Part shown: piece after piece, positions 52,101-62,519 of the stretch | Numbering within the stretch: the stretch's first letter is position 1 | Layout: each line of letters begins with the position of its first letter | Assembly: GCA_050273025.1 (NCBI GenBank) | Contig: CP158635.1 | Location: 1,922,001-1,986,000, forward strand | Source of the DNA: Cenococcum geophilum | Lineage: Eukaryota | Length of the DNA: 64,000 nucleotides | Reading direction: 5' to 3' | Position numbers and translations under genes: made by a program | Notes under the pieces: model-generated | The model's database searches: none | Seen by the model: the letters and a program-made list of their open reading frames with translations, nothing else | Told to the model about the DNA's origin: nothing

Positions 52101-54701
52101 AATGGCTCTCCCTGACCTCTCTGCAGGTCCATTTTGAGCAGGAGTATCTGGTGTCGATTGCTCAATGACACCTCCGTTAAGCTGGATGAGGTTCTTTACC
52201 CTGGCGCCTACACCTTGCTCCTTATCCATATGCCAAATGCGGATACCTCGAGCATCAAATTTCTTCGCAAATGCTATCATCGATTCGAAGAGTGGAAACA
52301 GCGTCTCTTGCTTATGGTTCTTGATGGGAAAGGCACGATGGTACTTCGTGTAGTCACACCAAAAATGAGCTACACATGTATCTCCATTGAACCCGTCTTC
52401 TTCCATGATGACATCAAAGTGTACACGTTCGAAAGGGTAGGTTCCCTTTGCGGATATTCTGCGAGATGTCTGCTGTGTCATCTTTCCGAGAACACATGGT
52501 TCACAAAGTGGTACACCGTACGGAGTTCTTCCTCTGTCCGTCTTGACCACCTTGACCCCGTCTGCCGCAGTCGGCAGATGATCCACTGACTCCATATCGC
52601 AGTGTAGTAAGCGCTGATGCCATACTTTGTCATATGCTGAGGTCTTAAAGAATCTGGTGGACGTAGCGTAGGCAGTAGGAGTAGGTGGTACGCAGGCGAT
52701 GGCATTAATGAGGTAGAGACCTCCGTATTCCGTGAGGTTGCCGAACAGGCTTCCGTCATCTTTGTAGCGCAGATGGTTCGTAGATTGGTCCATAATTACT
52801 CCAACCCTGCGGAGCTTTGCTGCGGATATCAGATTGGTATGAAAATACGGAGCGTACGCTACGTTCCTTAATGTCAGATACCGAGTCAGACGTTGTTCGC
52901 CCACCTCAATGGCCAAGTTGATATCACCGTATCCATGGATTTCTGCTCCAGAATCTCCAGCCGTTGCTGTGGACATGCATGGCTTGAGGTCACGGAAGTA
53001 TCTGATGTCGTTGCAGAAGTGGGTGTCTGCCATAGTGTCATACCCCCAGGCGTTGATCAAAGACAGATCCGGATGTTCCTGCGATGATGACGATGAGTAG
53101 GATGTTGTTACAGCAGCTGCTGTAGCTCGGGGCCTGTCCAGATCCTCAATCTTTTCAGCAGAGGCTGGAGACGTCCTTGACCTAGGGCCTTCCTTCTCGA
53201 TCTGCTTGACTCTTTTGTCATAATACTGCTTGTTTGTCGGGACCTTGAGCCATTCCTGACACCTCCGTAGACACTCGTCATTCGGTACAAAGTTCGGACC
53301 TCGGAGAGACTGAAATAGCTGCTTGCAATTCCTTAACTTATGGGGTAAACCACAAGCAAAGCACTTTGTTTCAGGTGATTGAGAAGGTGCTGGGGTGGTA
53401 GACGTCGTAGGATCTGCAGACGGCTGCCCTGATAGTGTAGCATGGGCGTTACGTCCCGTATTTGGATGCTTGTAGAGGAGGTTAAATTCCTCAATCATCG
53501 TCGACATTTCGAGCTTCTCTGACCTCTTCGCTACCTTCTGGATGAAGGCATGGTACAGAGCTGGACAGATCTCCTCACAGTCCTGGACAAAGGCTCGTAC
53601 AACGCTGCTTTCCGTTGCCTCTATCAGCCCTTCCTCTAGCTCTTCGCCGTTCTGTATGATGGTGATATGAAGCTGAAGCCATGATTCCAGAGTCTGACGT
53701 TTAGGCCCTTGTTTCCTTTTTTTGAGATCGTCCAATACCATCTGCTGTAGCGTAGCTTGAGATGGCTTTGCTACCTTCCTTAACTGTCTTACAATCGAAT
53801 GTGGTGTGGTGAGGTTCTTGAGATACCCTGAGAAGTTGGTGCCCACGGTGGCATGCAAAAGTGCTGCGAACGTGTGGAGCTTCTCTTCCCGCTTTAGGTA
53901 GTCCTGTCGTTGTAGCTTGTAGAGCTCGAAGAGCATTCTCTGTGTCTCTAGAGATTGCTGAGGTTGTTGTTCTTGTTGACTCGATGACCCAGGTGTAGCT
54001 GTTCCAGTAGACGCTGGAGTTGCTGCTGGAGCTGCAGGGTCCGCTGCTGGTGCTGCAGGGTCTGCAGGTGCTGCTACAGGTGCTGTAGGAGCTGCTGCTA
54101 TCGAAGGTATGGCTGGCTCAGTGTTTTGCTTGATTTCGTTCTCCGTCTTATCTGGGTCGACATAGTCCCAGATCTTCGCAAAACTTGCTTCTCGACGGAT
54201 AAATTGAAACCATATAGGCCAGTCTTTCTGGGTTAGCAAAAGAGGGTTCGTAGAGTCCTTGGTTGCCATGGTGGCTCTTGTTTTGAGGTTCTTTTGAGGT
54301 TGCGTAAAGAGACGCGCTTACGCGTAAGGCACGCGATATTTCGTGACGAACTATGCTCAAAGAGGCTTAGTGGTAGTCGTCTGGCCACTGAGATCTCCCT
54401 GGTGCTCAGAAGGTTACCGGGCTTATAACTTTCAGCCAGGCAGGTATCACGAAATGACTTAAGCTGGCTGGTAGGTAGAGACACAGAATTGTACGAGTGA
54501 TCTGTTCTATTCAAGGTGGCTCTCGAGGGTCTATATATACACGAGGAAGATGCTAGAATAGGAAAGGAGGGAGGTACAGGCAACAGAGATACGTACTAAG
54601 ACATACGAAATACGAGGGTAAGCACTAGGGTAGTCTTTACATAGGGTACTAGGCATCAAAGACAATTGTAATACGGTCGAAAGCTACCTCCGTGGCCAAC
54701 A
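49200..54701 (-). mobile_element. Ty1/Copia LTR retrotransposon (Copia-2), full length and apparently intact
   Basis: 272-bp LTRs at 49200-49471 and 54430-54701 differing at 2 positions. TSD ATAGA at 49195-99 and 54702-06. PBS-like GTTATAAGCCCGG and PPT TAAGGGGGTG. Confidence 0.98.
49569..54269 (-). CDS. Copia gag-pol polyprotein, 1566 aa, uninterrupted
   Basis: CFACGLPHKLRNC knuckle; protease WGYDTMADTH; WHQRLLH..CEPC; integrase HFD..MDKE..NGPAER; RT FKARLVVRGD..FFYVDDI; RNase H SDASF..STTEAE..CDN..ADGLTK. Confidence 0.97.
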   Translation of the reverse strand: MATKDSTNPLLLTQKDWPIWFQFIRREASFAKIWDYVDPDKTENEIKQNTEPAIPSIAAAPTAPVAAPADPAAPAADPAAPAATPASTGTATPGSSSQQEQQPQQSLETQRMLFELYKLQRQDYLKREEKLHTFAALLHATVGTNFSGYLKNLTTPHSIVRQLRKVAKPSQATLQQMVLDDLKKRKQGPKRQTLESWLQLHITIIQNGEELEEGLIEATESSVVRAFVQDCEEICPALYHAFIQKVAKRSEKLEMSTMIEEFNLLYKHPNTGRNAHATLSGQPSADPTTSTTPAPSQSPETKCFACGLPHKLRNCKQLFQSLRGPNFVPNDECLRRCQEWLKVPTNKQYYDKRVKQIEKEGPRSRTSPASAEKIEDLDRPRATAAAVTTSYSSSSSQEHPDLSLINAWGYDTMADTHFCNDIRYFRDLKPCMSTATAGDSGAEIHGYGDINLAIEVGEQRLTRYLTLRNVAYAPYFHTNLISAAKLRRVGVIMDQSTNHLRYKDDGSLFGNLTEYGGLYLINAIACVPPTPTAYATSTRFFKTSAYDKVWHQRLLHCDMESVDHLPTAADGVKVVKTDRGRTPYGVPLCEPCVLGKMTQQTSRRISAKGTYPFERVHFDVIMEEDGFNGDTCVAHFWCDYTKYHRAFPIKNHKQETLFPLFESMIAFAKKFDARGIRIWHMDKEQGVGARVKNLIQLNGGVIEQSTPDTPAQNGPAERSGRAISERARTAVIEAKLPVDLWPEFVLLAVFLLNRTPIESIDWKTPFEMLYKRKPWLAGLRVAGSLTYVLIKHGIPRKAKFEPRAQIGYLVGMEASNIYRIWIPTTNRIIRSRDVRIDESKRYQSPETPEHLIISQAQKDRFQQVQDLLDNLQDGSKDWMENFDEELDVRLPHLASIDVTPTSKSIQISTEELRQLPTPELTPEPSIPSASSAPQQSPSTVASTPQTSSTTQSSSEVTEPPFVDPTPRSEPQTTAGSSSGGERRSGREKRPTAKKKDMPNQDLRRRAFAVQNSDGDDIINPDTTPLAHAFYTAATKTYGHRDDFPPPPKSWKEMLNHRYATEFKAAAHTETKALMGKHTWDEVRLVKKVHRLPTMWVFTYKEDSDGFITRFKARLVVRGDLQAVSQEEVKAITAAYRTFRLLCALIAGFDLDVIQIDAVNAFVNALVDDEVYLIPPKGVDLPPGFSLRLRKAMYGLRKSPKLWFLEMSAALQSMGLKAVPDEPCLYVHPTEPIFVFFYVDDILIVGHPSCRQQMEDILKQLQDRFEIRKIPQFTSFLNTRVVRDRQKGKLWLCLDQYLEKLVSVYHLEYLKPSATPLSGQELTPYEGEATPNQMKGYQRRVGSATYPASTTRPDVAFSVSKLAEFLQNPSPAHLAEINRLLTYLYDTRYLALEFSTITPHEINQVLKAASDASFADDAPTRRSSQGFLISLFNGPIAWQATRQKAVTKSTTEAELLALSHVGGEVEHMVRIFKAIRFDPEQDVIINCDNQQSVRIVTKETPTVSTKLRHVDIHQFWLRQEVQNGSFVVQWVPTSEMAADGLTKALSKQNHQKFVDVVGLRDIRHLVN

Positions 54702-54799
54702 ATAGATAGACCCAAGCTCTAATACTTTAATGTTAAATAGAAGATTAAGAATAAGAACTCTATCGAATTATAAGAGGCTCTACAGTCTTATAAGTAGCT

Positions 54800-56480
54800 T
54801 TAGGGGTGCTTAAGGCCCCATGACTATTATTCTTTATAATACTTAGCTTGGATATGGGAGTCTACAATACCGAGCTCAGGTAAGATGCCATATTCATTAA
54901 GACAGTTAGTATAGAATTGCTGAAGGAGATATTGGCTGTCGCATGTGTATCCCGAATTTCTGGTATTCCACCGTGTGGCCTTAATGTCTACCCCCTAACG
55001 GTTTTCCAGGAGCATCTGATATAATCCTAGCAGAGGATCGAGCTGGGTCTCCTTCTGCCACTAAGCCATGACCTACAAATCATCCCGGAACTGCTTTAGT
55101 GTTTTAGCCGACCATCCTTCTCTCTACGGAAATAGTATAAATAGGGATTTATTATCCCCTATTCTGCGGAGTTCTAGCACCACCTAATTCTCCATATATC
55201 AATATCCTCAAACCTTATACTTCTCTCTGGCCGCCTAGACACGTAGGGTCTCCACTCTACGTAACTAAGCATATGCCTCCTTCTACTAGGAGGGTTTAGG
55301 GTACAAATGTACCGCTCCGAGCCCAGAAATGAAACATTAAACTTAACTTGAATAAAATTAGAGGATGTTATAGAAAGGAGTTAACTAAGGGACGGCTATA
55401 TTAAACATTAATTGCACACAAACCCCACTCTTTGCGCTCTTTCCTTTAATTACCTTAAGTGTTTCGCTGCCTCAGTCGTATTCGTCTAGCCTATCGTAGT
55501 CATATTCGTGCTAAAAGGAAAAGGTTAGTAACATCCCTAGATGCTATAATCCCTTCCTATCACGTAAGACCTAGATCGTCTTATATAATCCTTACAGGTT
55601 ATAGTTATATTGATAATAGTAAAGATCGGCAAAGAACTGCCGCAACTAAATATAAGCGTCATGCTCCTTATCTTCTATAGTCTTATAGACAGGATCGGGT
55701 AAGTCCATTTCATCTATGTCTTTATCCCAATAGTTGTTCTAACTAGACATATCTTAGTTAAATAAGAACGCGGTTCCGTTAAAGGTATACCCAGCGGATG
55801 CATTTAGGCCCTCGCTATATTCCATAGAATGAACCTTTTCTTAAGGATACTTTTCCATCAGGGCATTAAATTCTTTAGACTTAGATATATGTTGCAACAC
55901 TCTTATATTTATCTTAAATTTTCGAAAGCTTAATTTTCGGACTAGCGACCATATTAGAGAAGTCTACTGTACACCATAGCTTAACTTCATCTCACTAAGC
56001 ATTCTAAAAATGCCTTTAATATCTGCTTAGATATAGAAGTCGAAATCAGAGTGTAGCTCAGTAGAGCTAGGCACGAAGTAGTCTGTAGCGCGAGAACCTA
56101 ATATATACGCGTTACTCTCGGCCATTGCGTCAAAAAGGCCCTTAGGATTAGTAAAGTAGGGTCTTAAGTAACGCATAGGGTTCTTTCTCTCCCTATACAC
56201 CTCCAACGCGAGTATCGGTCTATTTACCGTACCGTCCTTACCTTTTATATACAACGCAAGCGTAAAATTCTTATAGTCTGAGATACTTATAACCTTATAG
56301 AGTTCGCAGAAGCCGTCTAAGTGTAATATATTAATGTTTGCGGGTAGAGCGTAACGACATCGTAAGATTAAGCGGAGGATTAAAGGAAGAGAAAGACTTA
56401 ATAGCCAATGGCAAAATATTAATATTAAGACTTCTATTATGTTTACTCGATCTCGAACGAGATTAAAGAAGTCGTTAAAT
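54800..56480 (-). pseudogene. Uncharacterised fungal protein with a nucleotidyltransferase-like GS..DxD motif
   Basis: ORF 56027-56254 contains AYILGSRATDYFVP..SDFDFYI. Downstream frame gives VCVQLMF..IL*FYSS*V*CFISGLGAVHLYP. Boundaries approximate. Confidence 0.6.
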
Positions 56481-56559
56481 AGTATTATTTTCTTAATCCT
56501 GCAAATTATATTAGAATTAAATATATAAAAAAGGAATATAGCATTGGGATTAAAAATCT

Positions 56560-57135
56560 TACGCAGGTAATATAATTAAATCTTTAATATTTATCTAAAT
56601 ATATCTAAGGCACTAGAAACTAATAACACTATTACTATATATATTTAACTACCTTATCTACCTTACCTACCTTACCCACCTCACCTGCCTTATCTGCCTC
56701 ATCTGCCTCGCGCCCTAGTATAGTTACATTACCCCCCCCTCTCGAAAAAGCCTGCCCTTAGGTGTTGTCCGAGCTCCTTATCGTCGTCTAAATTGTTATA
56801 ATTGTCCAACCCTTCTTCCTAGCATTTAATCCAGTTTTCTAGTTTGCGTGGTAGTCTAGGGAGGTCTAGTTAGGCTAGGTGGAAATCCCGTAGCTTATAG
56901 GGGGAATACTTAAAATTAGATACAGGATACCATTCTAAGTCTTCGTTATGGCCTACCTAGCTTATATAGTATTTCAAGATATTACAGTCCTTTTTAACTG
57001 CTAGGATTTCTTCAACTTCCTATTCCTCGTCCTCTATAATCTGGATTAGCGGGGGGAGGCCGTTATACTATCTAGATAATGGGTTATCTATGGCCTTTTG
57101 TAGTCGATCTAGGGAGAAGATAGGGGAACTCTAAA
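56560..57135 (-). mobile_element. 3' fragment of a chromodomain-bearing Gypsy element with PPT and LTR start
   Basis: Minus strand PPPLIQI.EDEE*EVEEILAV..LKYYIS*VGHNEDLEWYPVSNFKYSP..LRDFH is a chromodomain. It is followed by purine tract GAGAGGGGGGGG (56732-43) and TGTAAC at 56728. The LTR's far end was not identified. Confidence 0.85.
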
Positions 57136-58059
57136 TTTTAAGGAAGTTACTCTTAATAATAGACATGCCTTTTGTTTTTAAACCCAGCTAAAACGCCTTA
57201 TAGAGACTACCTCTAGGAGTATATAGTATCTATACTTAGAGTAGGTACTTTAGAATAAGGGTCATTGTAGCCATAAAGAGTATAGATTAAGCTTAAATAA
57301 GCTAACTAAGGGGACGAGGTGGCTACTAGGGAAGAAATTATAAGCGTAAAAAAACTCCAATTAAGGCGATATTAGCAGCTAAGATAATACATATCGGCAT
57401 AGCTATAAACTACAAATTCTCAGCCATCTAAGTATCTATAATTGCGGAGAGGGTGGTTAAGTAGGGTAATAAAGGTGACTAAGATAACGACTAAACTTCT
57501 TTTATCCCTTATACCACCCCTATCCCCTATATTATCCTCACCCCCTACACCACCCCCATCCCCTATATTATCCTCACCCCCTACACCATCCTTACCCCCT
57601 ATATTAACTACTACCCTAAAAAAGCTAAGGGCATCGCAGAGCCTCTAATTACTAAATTTGGTGTCTCTGGATATTTTAACATTCTATTAATCGGATATCC
57701 GTGCACCGATTATAAGAAAAGAATAAGGACTCTGTCTATTAAATATAGCTCTAAGAGCCTCTATATATATATAAGAAAGGTATAGGAAATAAGAACGAGA
57801 AGGGGGAAGGGGGGTGGTAATAGAAATAAGGGGTAGGTGACCAAGTTAATGACTAAGTCAATAACTAAGTCAATAGAGGTAGCTAAGTCGGTGACAAGAT
57901 AACCTAATTCAGGTCGACACATTCATATATACAATTCTGCCGTAGCTGTAGATTAAGACTATATAAATCATAAGTAATATACAATTATGTTTTACGAGAG
58001 AATTTTATAATAAAACTATTTAAGGGAGGTTGTTTTATATAATTAAGAGGATATACTAA

Positions 58060-58574
58060 TAGTAGAACTACAGCTTATTAAGTTAATAAGAATAATATAC
58101 GGATTTTCCGGCGGAGTTAAGGCGTTAAATTAACCGATTACGCCAGTCCCATCAGAAAGATGGCCATGTGCATAGCAGTTAATTAAAGAAAGAGGAAATA
58201 ATTCTAAGATTTGCGGAGTAACTATAAGAGGCGTAGTAGTTCCATATCCAATAGCTATCCCCGTAACTTGTAGAGAAAAGGCTAGTTGAGGAACTACTGA
58301 ACCATATAACGCAGAATCTATAACTATTAGCTTCTAAATTATTTTAAAAATATAAATAAGAGATGCTAGTTCTACCTCCCGCTGTAAAATAAGGTTAGGT
58401 GTTGTTAAAAGGTACCTTACAATCCTAGTAAAGCGGTAGGCCAAAATTCCATACAGGATTCCCTCCCCCTTAATTTGTAGTAATAAGCACAGTAGGCATT
58501 TTATCCGATGTATAGTTCCAGAGCCCAAAAGCAGTCGGAAAAAAGAATACTAGGGAGAGTAGTAATTTATGCAT
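58060..58574 (-). pseudogene. Small secreted protein relic
   Basis: MHKLLLSLVFFFPTAFG signal peptide from ATG 58574, then GGGNPVWNFGLP..DC, a probable intron (GCTAA..TAG) and a short second exon with Cys residues. Confidence 0.45.
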
Positions 58575-58982
58575 TATAAAAGTTAGTCTTAGAATATAGT
58601 AGTAGAAGATAGTACCTGCCTCTAATATAAACGTAAACACGGCACCTTAAGAAGCAGTTACCACCTAAAATTTAATAGATAAGTTAATCGGGCCTCTAGT
58701 AACACTAATCCATCGCTATAACCTAACTCACTATAAGGGATACGCCTGTTAATATATTATAAATAAGCCGCCGCAATCTTATTTACTAAAACGGAAGTAC
58801 TATTAACTTACTTCGGTACTTTACGCTAGCTTACATATTAGAGAACGACAAATAATATATCTAAACTCCCGTATACATTATATAGTGTTAAATAATAGAG
58901 CTAAAACGTATCCCTAGATTGGAAAAGGGCGAGAAATAACCGGCCTTCTTATATTTATCGTGCCCTATTAGCGCCGCCTATA

Positions 58983-61217
58983 TTACCTCAGCAGCAACAC
59001 AATCATGGCTGCGAAGGCTAGTATCCTAGCAATTATACCAAGACTAACCCTAATACTCTTAGCCTTTACTATATAACTCTGTAAAGAATTACTAAATAGA
59101 GTGCCGTTATTTGGCACTTATATCTGCGTAGTGGTAAAAGTGGTATAATACTTATTATTAGAGGAAATAATAGTACGGAAAGAAGTAACTAGCGTATTAG
59201 GTTTATCTAAGATCTATAAGCTCGTCCAAGCTCCGGAGTAGCTCCTACCTATAGCTATACTTAATAGAACAATTTCCGAAGTTAATATAGGAAAGATACT
59301 AAGAAGCTAAGTACTTAAGGACCCTAAATCTATTATTAAGGTAGCTAGTATAAAATTTGTCGTGCTGCTCTAGTCCATCTAGTCCTATCTAGTTAAACCT
59401 AGTAGTAAAACCGCAGCTATTTCTTTGGCTAGAATTACAGAACTTAAGGAAATTAAGGAACTAGGAGCGACGTCTAAAGCGCTTAAAAATTGTCTAAGTG
59501 ACCATAGCGTTATCGGGGAAGTTGGAATTATCCGTATAAGCGTATATATAGTAGCTATAACTTTTATAATATAAAAAGAAGAGATAGAGGCAAAAATAGA
59601 GGCCGTGGGATCCAGAGATATATATGGAAGTCCGATAGCAGAGCTTATAGGATTTGAGATGGATATAGTGTTGGTTGGAACTAAAATAGATATAGTACTA
59701 GTAAGAATTGAGATAGATATAATGCTATTAGAAACTAAGGAAGATGTAACCCTAGTAGGAATTAAAATAGATATAGTACTGGTGGGAACTGAGGTAGATA
59801 TAGTGCTAGTAGAAACTAAAATAAATATAGTGCTAGTGAGAACTAAGACGGTTTTGGTGCTAATAAAAACTAAGATAAATGTATTGCGAGTTAGAACTAA
59901 GATGGCTATAGTACTAGTAGGGGCTGAAATAGATGCGTAGTTTGTAAAATTTGGGGTAGGTATAGTATAGCTAAACGTAAAAGTATTGCTAGCTATTATA
60001 AGGCTCTCCCTATTTACAGGCCGTATTAATAGGGAAGAGAGCAGCTATATAGATTTAGAAAGGGTGGTTAAAATGCTTAAATATCTGTTTAAACTTGGAA
60101 TTAAGCTTGCAGACTAGGAAGCCCCATTAAGAAAATCTAGAGAAGTATATATTAACTTAGATATCTGGCTTAAATCCAATATAAACGGCAGTGCTATAGA
60201 GCGTAATAGTCCGTTAGAGGGTTGTGTAATAGTTATAACCGTCCCTAGGGAGTTAACGGATTTTAAAGTTAGATCCGTTATAATGCTTGTGAAAGAGGTC
60301 TAGGGATTGGCTTTAGTATAAGCTACGGTAGCGCTTTAAGGTTCTATAGGGCCATTACTCTTTAAGGGAATTGGAAGACTGTTTAAAGTTTAAACACCAT
60401 TTAAAATTTCTATAGTAGTTGTAATTGCCCCTGCGGAATTAATGGATATTAAAGTTAAGTCATTTCTAGTCCGTATAAGAGAGAGCTAGGATAAGGCTTT
60501 TATATAAGTTATACTAAGGCTTTAAGAGACGATAAAGCTAGTGCCCTTTAAAAGAATTAAAAAGCTTTCTAAACGTAATAATCCGTTTAGATTTGCTATA
60601 CTCGTCACCGTCCGTTCAAGGTTAGTAGGTATTAAAGTTATGCCTATCCTACTGCCGGTAAGGGAAAGCTGAGATTCGACCTTAATATAAATTATAGCAC
60701 TGCTCTAAGGTCCTATAAGACTAGTAGTTATAAAGAGGACTAAATAGCTCTTTAAAAGTAGAAGTCTATATATATTTATAATCGTTATTACTATTAATAG
60801 TAAGGTAGTAGATACCAAACTTAAGTCTATCCTAGTGCTTGTGCGAGAATAATAGGGTCCAACATTAGAAGAGGTTATGATGGTTTAAAGCCCTATAAGG
60901 CTAGTGCTCTTAGGGAGGATAAAAGAGCTTTAAAAATCTACAGAACTATCTAATAAGCTGGTAATAGTGTAAATACCATCTTCGGAAGTCAACTTATTGG
61001 TCTATATTTCTTAGGTTACGGTCTATGGCGAAGAATAAGTAGCGAAGTCGCCAGGTAGTGTTAAAGATGTTCTTTTTATAGTAGTATTTTGCCACCTAGG
61101 AGCCCGTGCAATTATTATAGCTATAGATAACGTTACTTTAACATTATTATAACCTAAGAAGAAGTAAGGGACGAGAAGAAGCAGAAGACCCACAATAAAA
61201 TTCGTTGCTATCTTTAT
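58983..61217 (-). pseudogene. Secreted Ser/Thr-rich, probably GPI-anchored cell-surface (mucin/adhesin-like) protein
   Basis: (M)K(M)ATNFIVGLLLLLVP signal peptide, Ser/Thr-rich body, 27-bp repeats STISTSVPT, and a hydrophobic C-terminus SIRVSLGIIARILAFAAMIVLLLR*. Confidence 0.7.
59655..59940 (-). repeat. 27-bp tandem repeat (~10 copies) encoding Ser/Thr-rich units
   Basis: Plus-strand units like GAGATAGATATAGTACTAGTAGGAACT. The antisense reading gives the spurious ORF 59605-59940. Confidence 0.85.
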
Positions 61218-61479
61218 ACTTATTAATATAGGGAAAGTTATAAGTGCATTACTTGCCTTCTAGGTGCTAATACCACTTGCTAAATAACATTAGCGTATAC
61301 CTTATTGTTACCCTTAATAGCAGGTATAAAGTTAAGGGATTTACTAAATAGGAAAGGGTTTACCGACTTTATTATTAACATAATCGCCCATTATACATTT
61401 AGTTATTATAATACCACTCCACAACTATTAACTTAAGACGGGTGTCTACTACTTCCGCACCTCCCTTTATTAGATATAA

Positions 61480-61857
61480 CCAATAGAAGCTAGCAATAAC
61501 AGTAGGACTATAGAAGAAAATAAGACTTAGGGAGAAGGGACTGGCTTGTTTGATTTGAATAAGTGTATTAGTAGGGAGGCGATCCGCCAATAAAGAGAAA
61601 CACTTTTTAGAAAGGTGGATAAGTTAGGAAAGATAAGTAATGCGTATGTCTACCTTCTTGTATATAATAGTAGGAGATACTACTTATATTTATTTAGAGA
61701 TAAGCCTTCCTAGCCGCCGTCTAAAGAGTATATTGTATGCCTTACTTACCCTCTCAATATGGTATATACTAATGAAATGCAGAATTAAAGCTTCCCAGTA
61801 CCCAAAAAAAGAACTCCAGCTAATTTTAGGCTAAAGCGTAGGGGAATAAAGAGATAA
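61480..61857 (+). pseudogene. Small SRF/MADS-box-like protein
   Basis: RQ*RETLFRKVDKLGKISNAYVYLLVYNSRRYYLY..PS*PPSKEYI, intron 61735-61782 (GTATGC..CTAAT..CAG), then SFPVPKKRTPANF. Resembles the MADS core RR.TL.KKA.EL..L plus a fungal WPPS..YP.P tail. Start uncertain. Confidence 0.7.
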
Positions 61858-62519
61858 ATTTGTAGATATATTGTATGGCTAGACTAGTTGAAATAAATAT
61901 TATTTCTATGCTTATATTAATTCATTCAATTTCTTCTATTCGCTATTCTACGTCCTTATGACCTAAAAACGCAGACTGCCAAATTTTATAAACGCTGCGG
62001 TAGGTTCACTAATTCATTTATAAAAGCCCTACGTGTTTAAACACAAGATTATCCCCAGTATTGGTCGAGCTAGGCATATTTAAGGCAGTACGTAAGCTTT
62101 ATTAGGGAGCTAACCCCGGCTAGGCTACAGCTAAAATCGATACTATTAATATATTATATCTGCCGCCTATAAAGGCTTTAAACCTTAAGGATCTATTAAT
62201 TTACTTTATATCTAGCTAAGTTGAATATATCTTTATCCCTAACGTATAACTCTTAAACTTAAGTTTTATTAACGCTTAGGTGTTATCTTTAAGACCCTTT
62301 TATCTATTTTTAGGCCGTCTCTCATTTTAACATCTATAAAGGCCTCCGATTTCGACTAGATACCTAAGAAGTATCTTATCCAAGATATTGCCGGAATTGG
62401 CACTAAAGAACACTACTGTATATACTTTGGGAAGTTGCTCAGCGGAGATAATATCGTCTAGCTATAGTGTTACATTAACTAGTTATATAAAGCTTGCTTA
62501 CCAAAGGTATGCTAGCGTT

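Noticed and set aside
49807..54583. Many short overlapping ORFs inside Copia-2
   Set aside because: Shadow frames of the intact polyprotein and LTR in GC-balanced sequence.
57505..57605. 36-bp C-rich tandem repeat giving the Pro-rich ORF 57442-57648
   Set aside because: Only ~2.5 copies of low complexity, with no support for a gene.
57640..57897. 5' LTR partner of the chromodomain fragment (minus-strand start TGTCACCGAC)
   Set aside because: It looks LTR-like but does not match the LTR starting at 56728, and no TSD was identified. Left uncalled.
59605..59940. Plus-strand 111-aa DIVLV repeat protein
   Set aside because: It is the antisense of the Ser/Thr repeat of the minus-strand surface protein.
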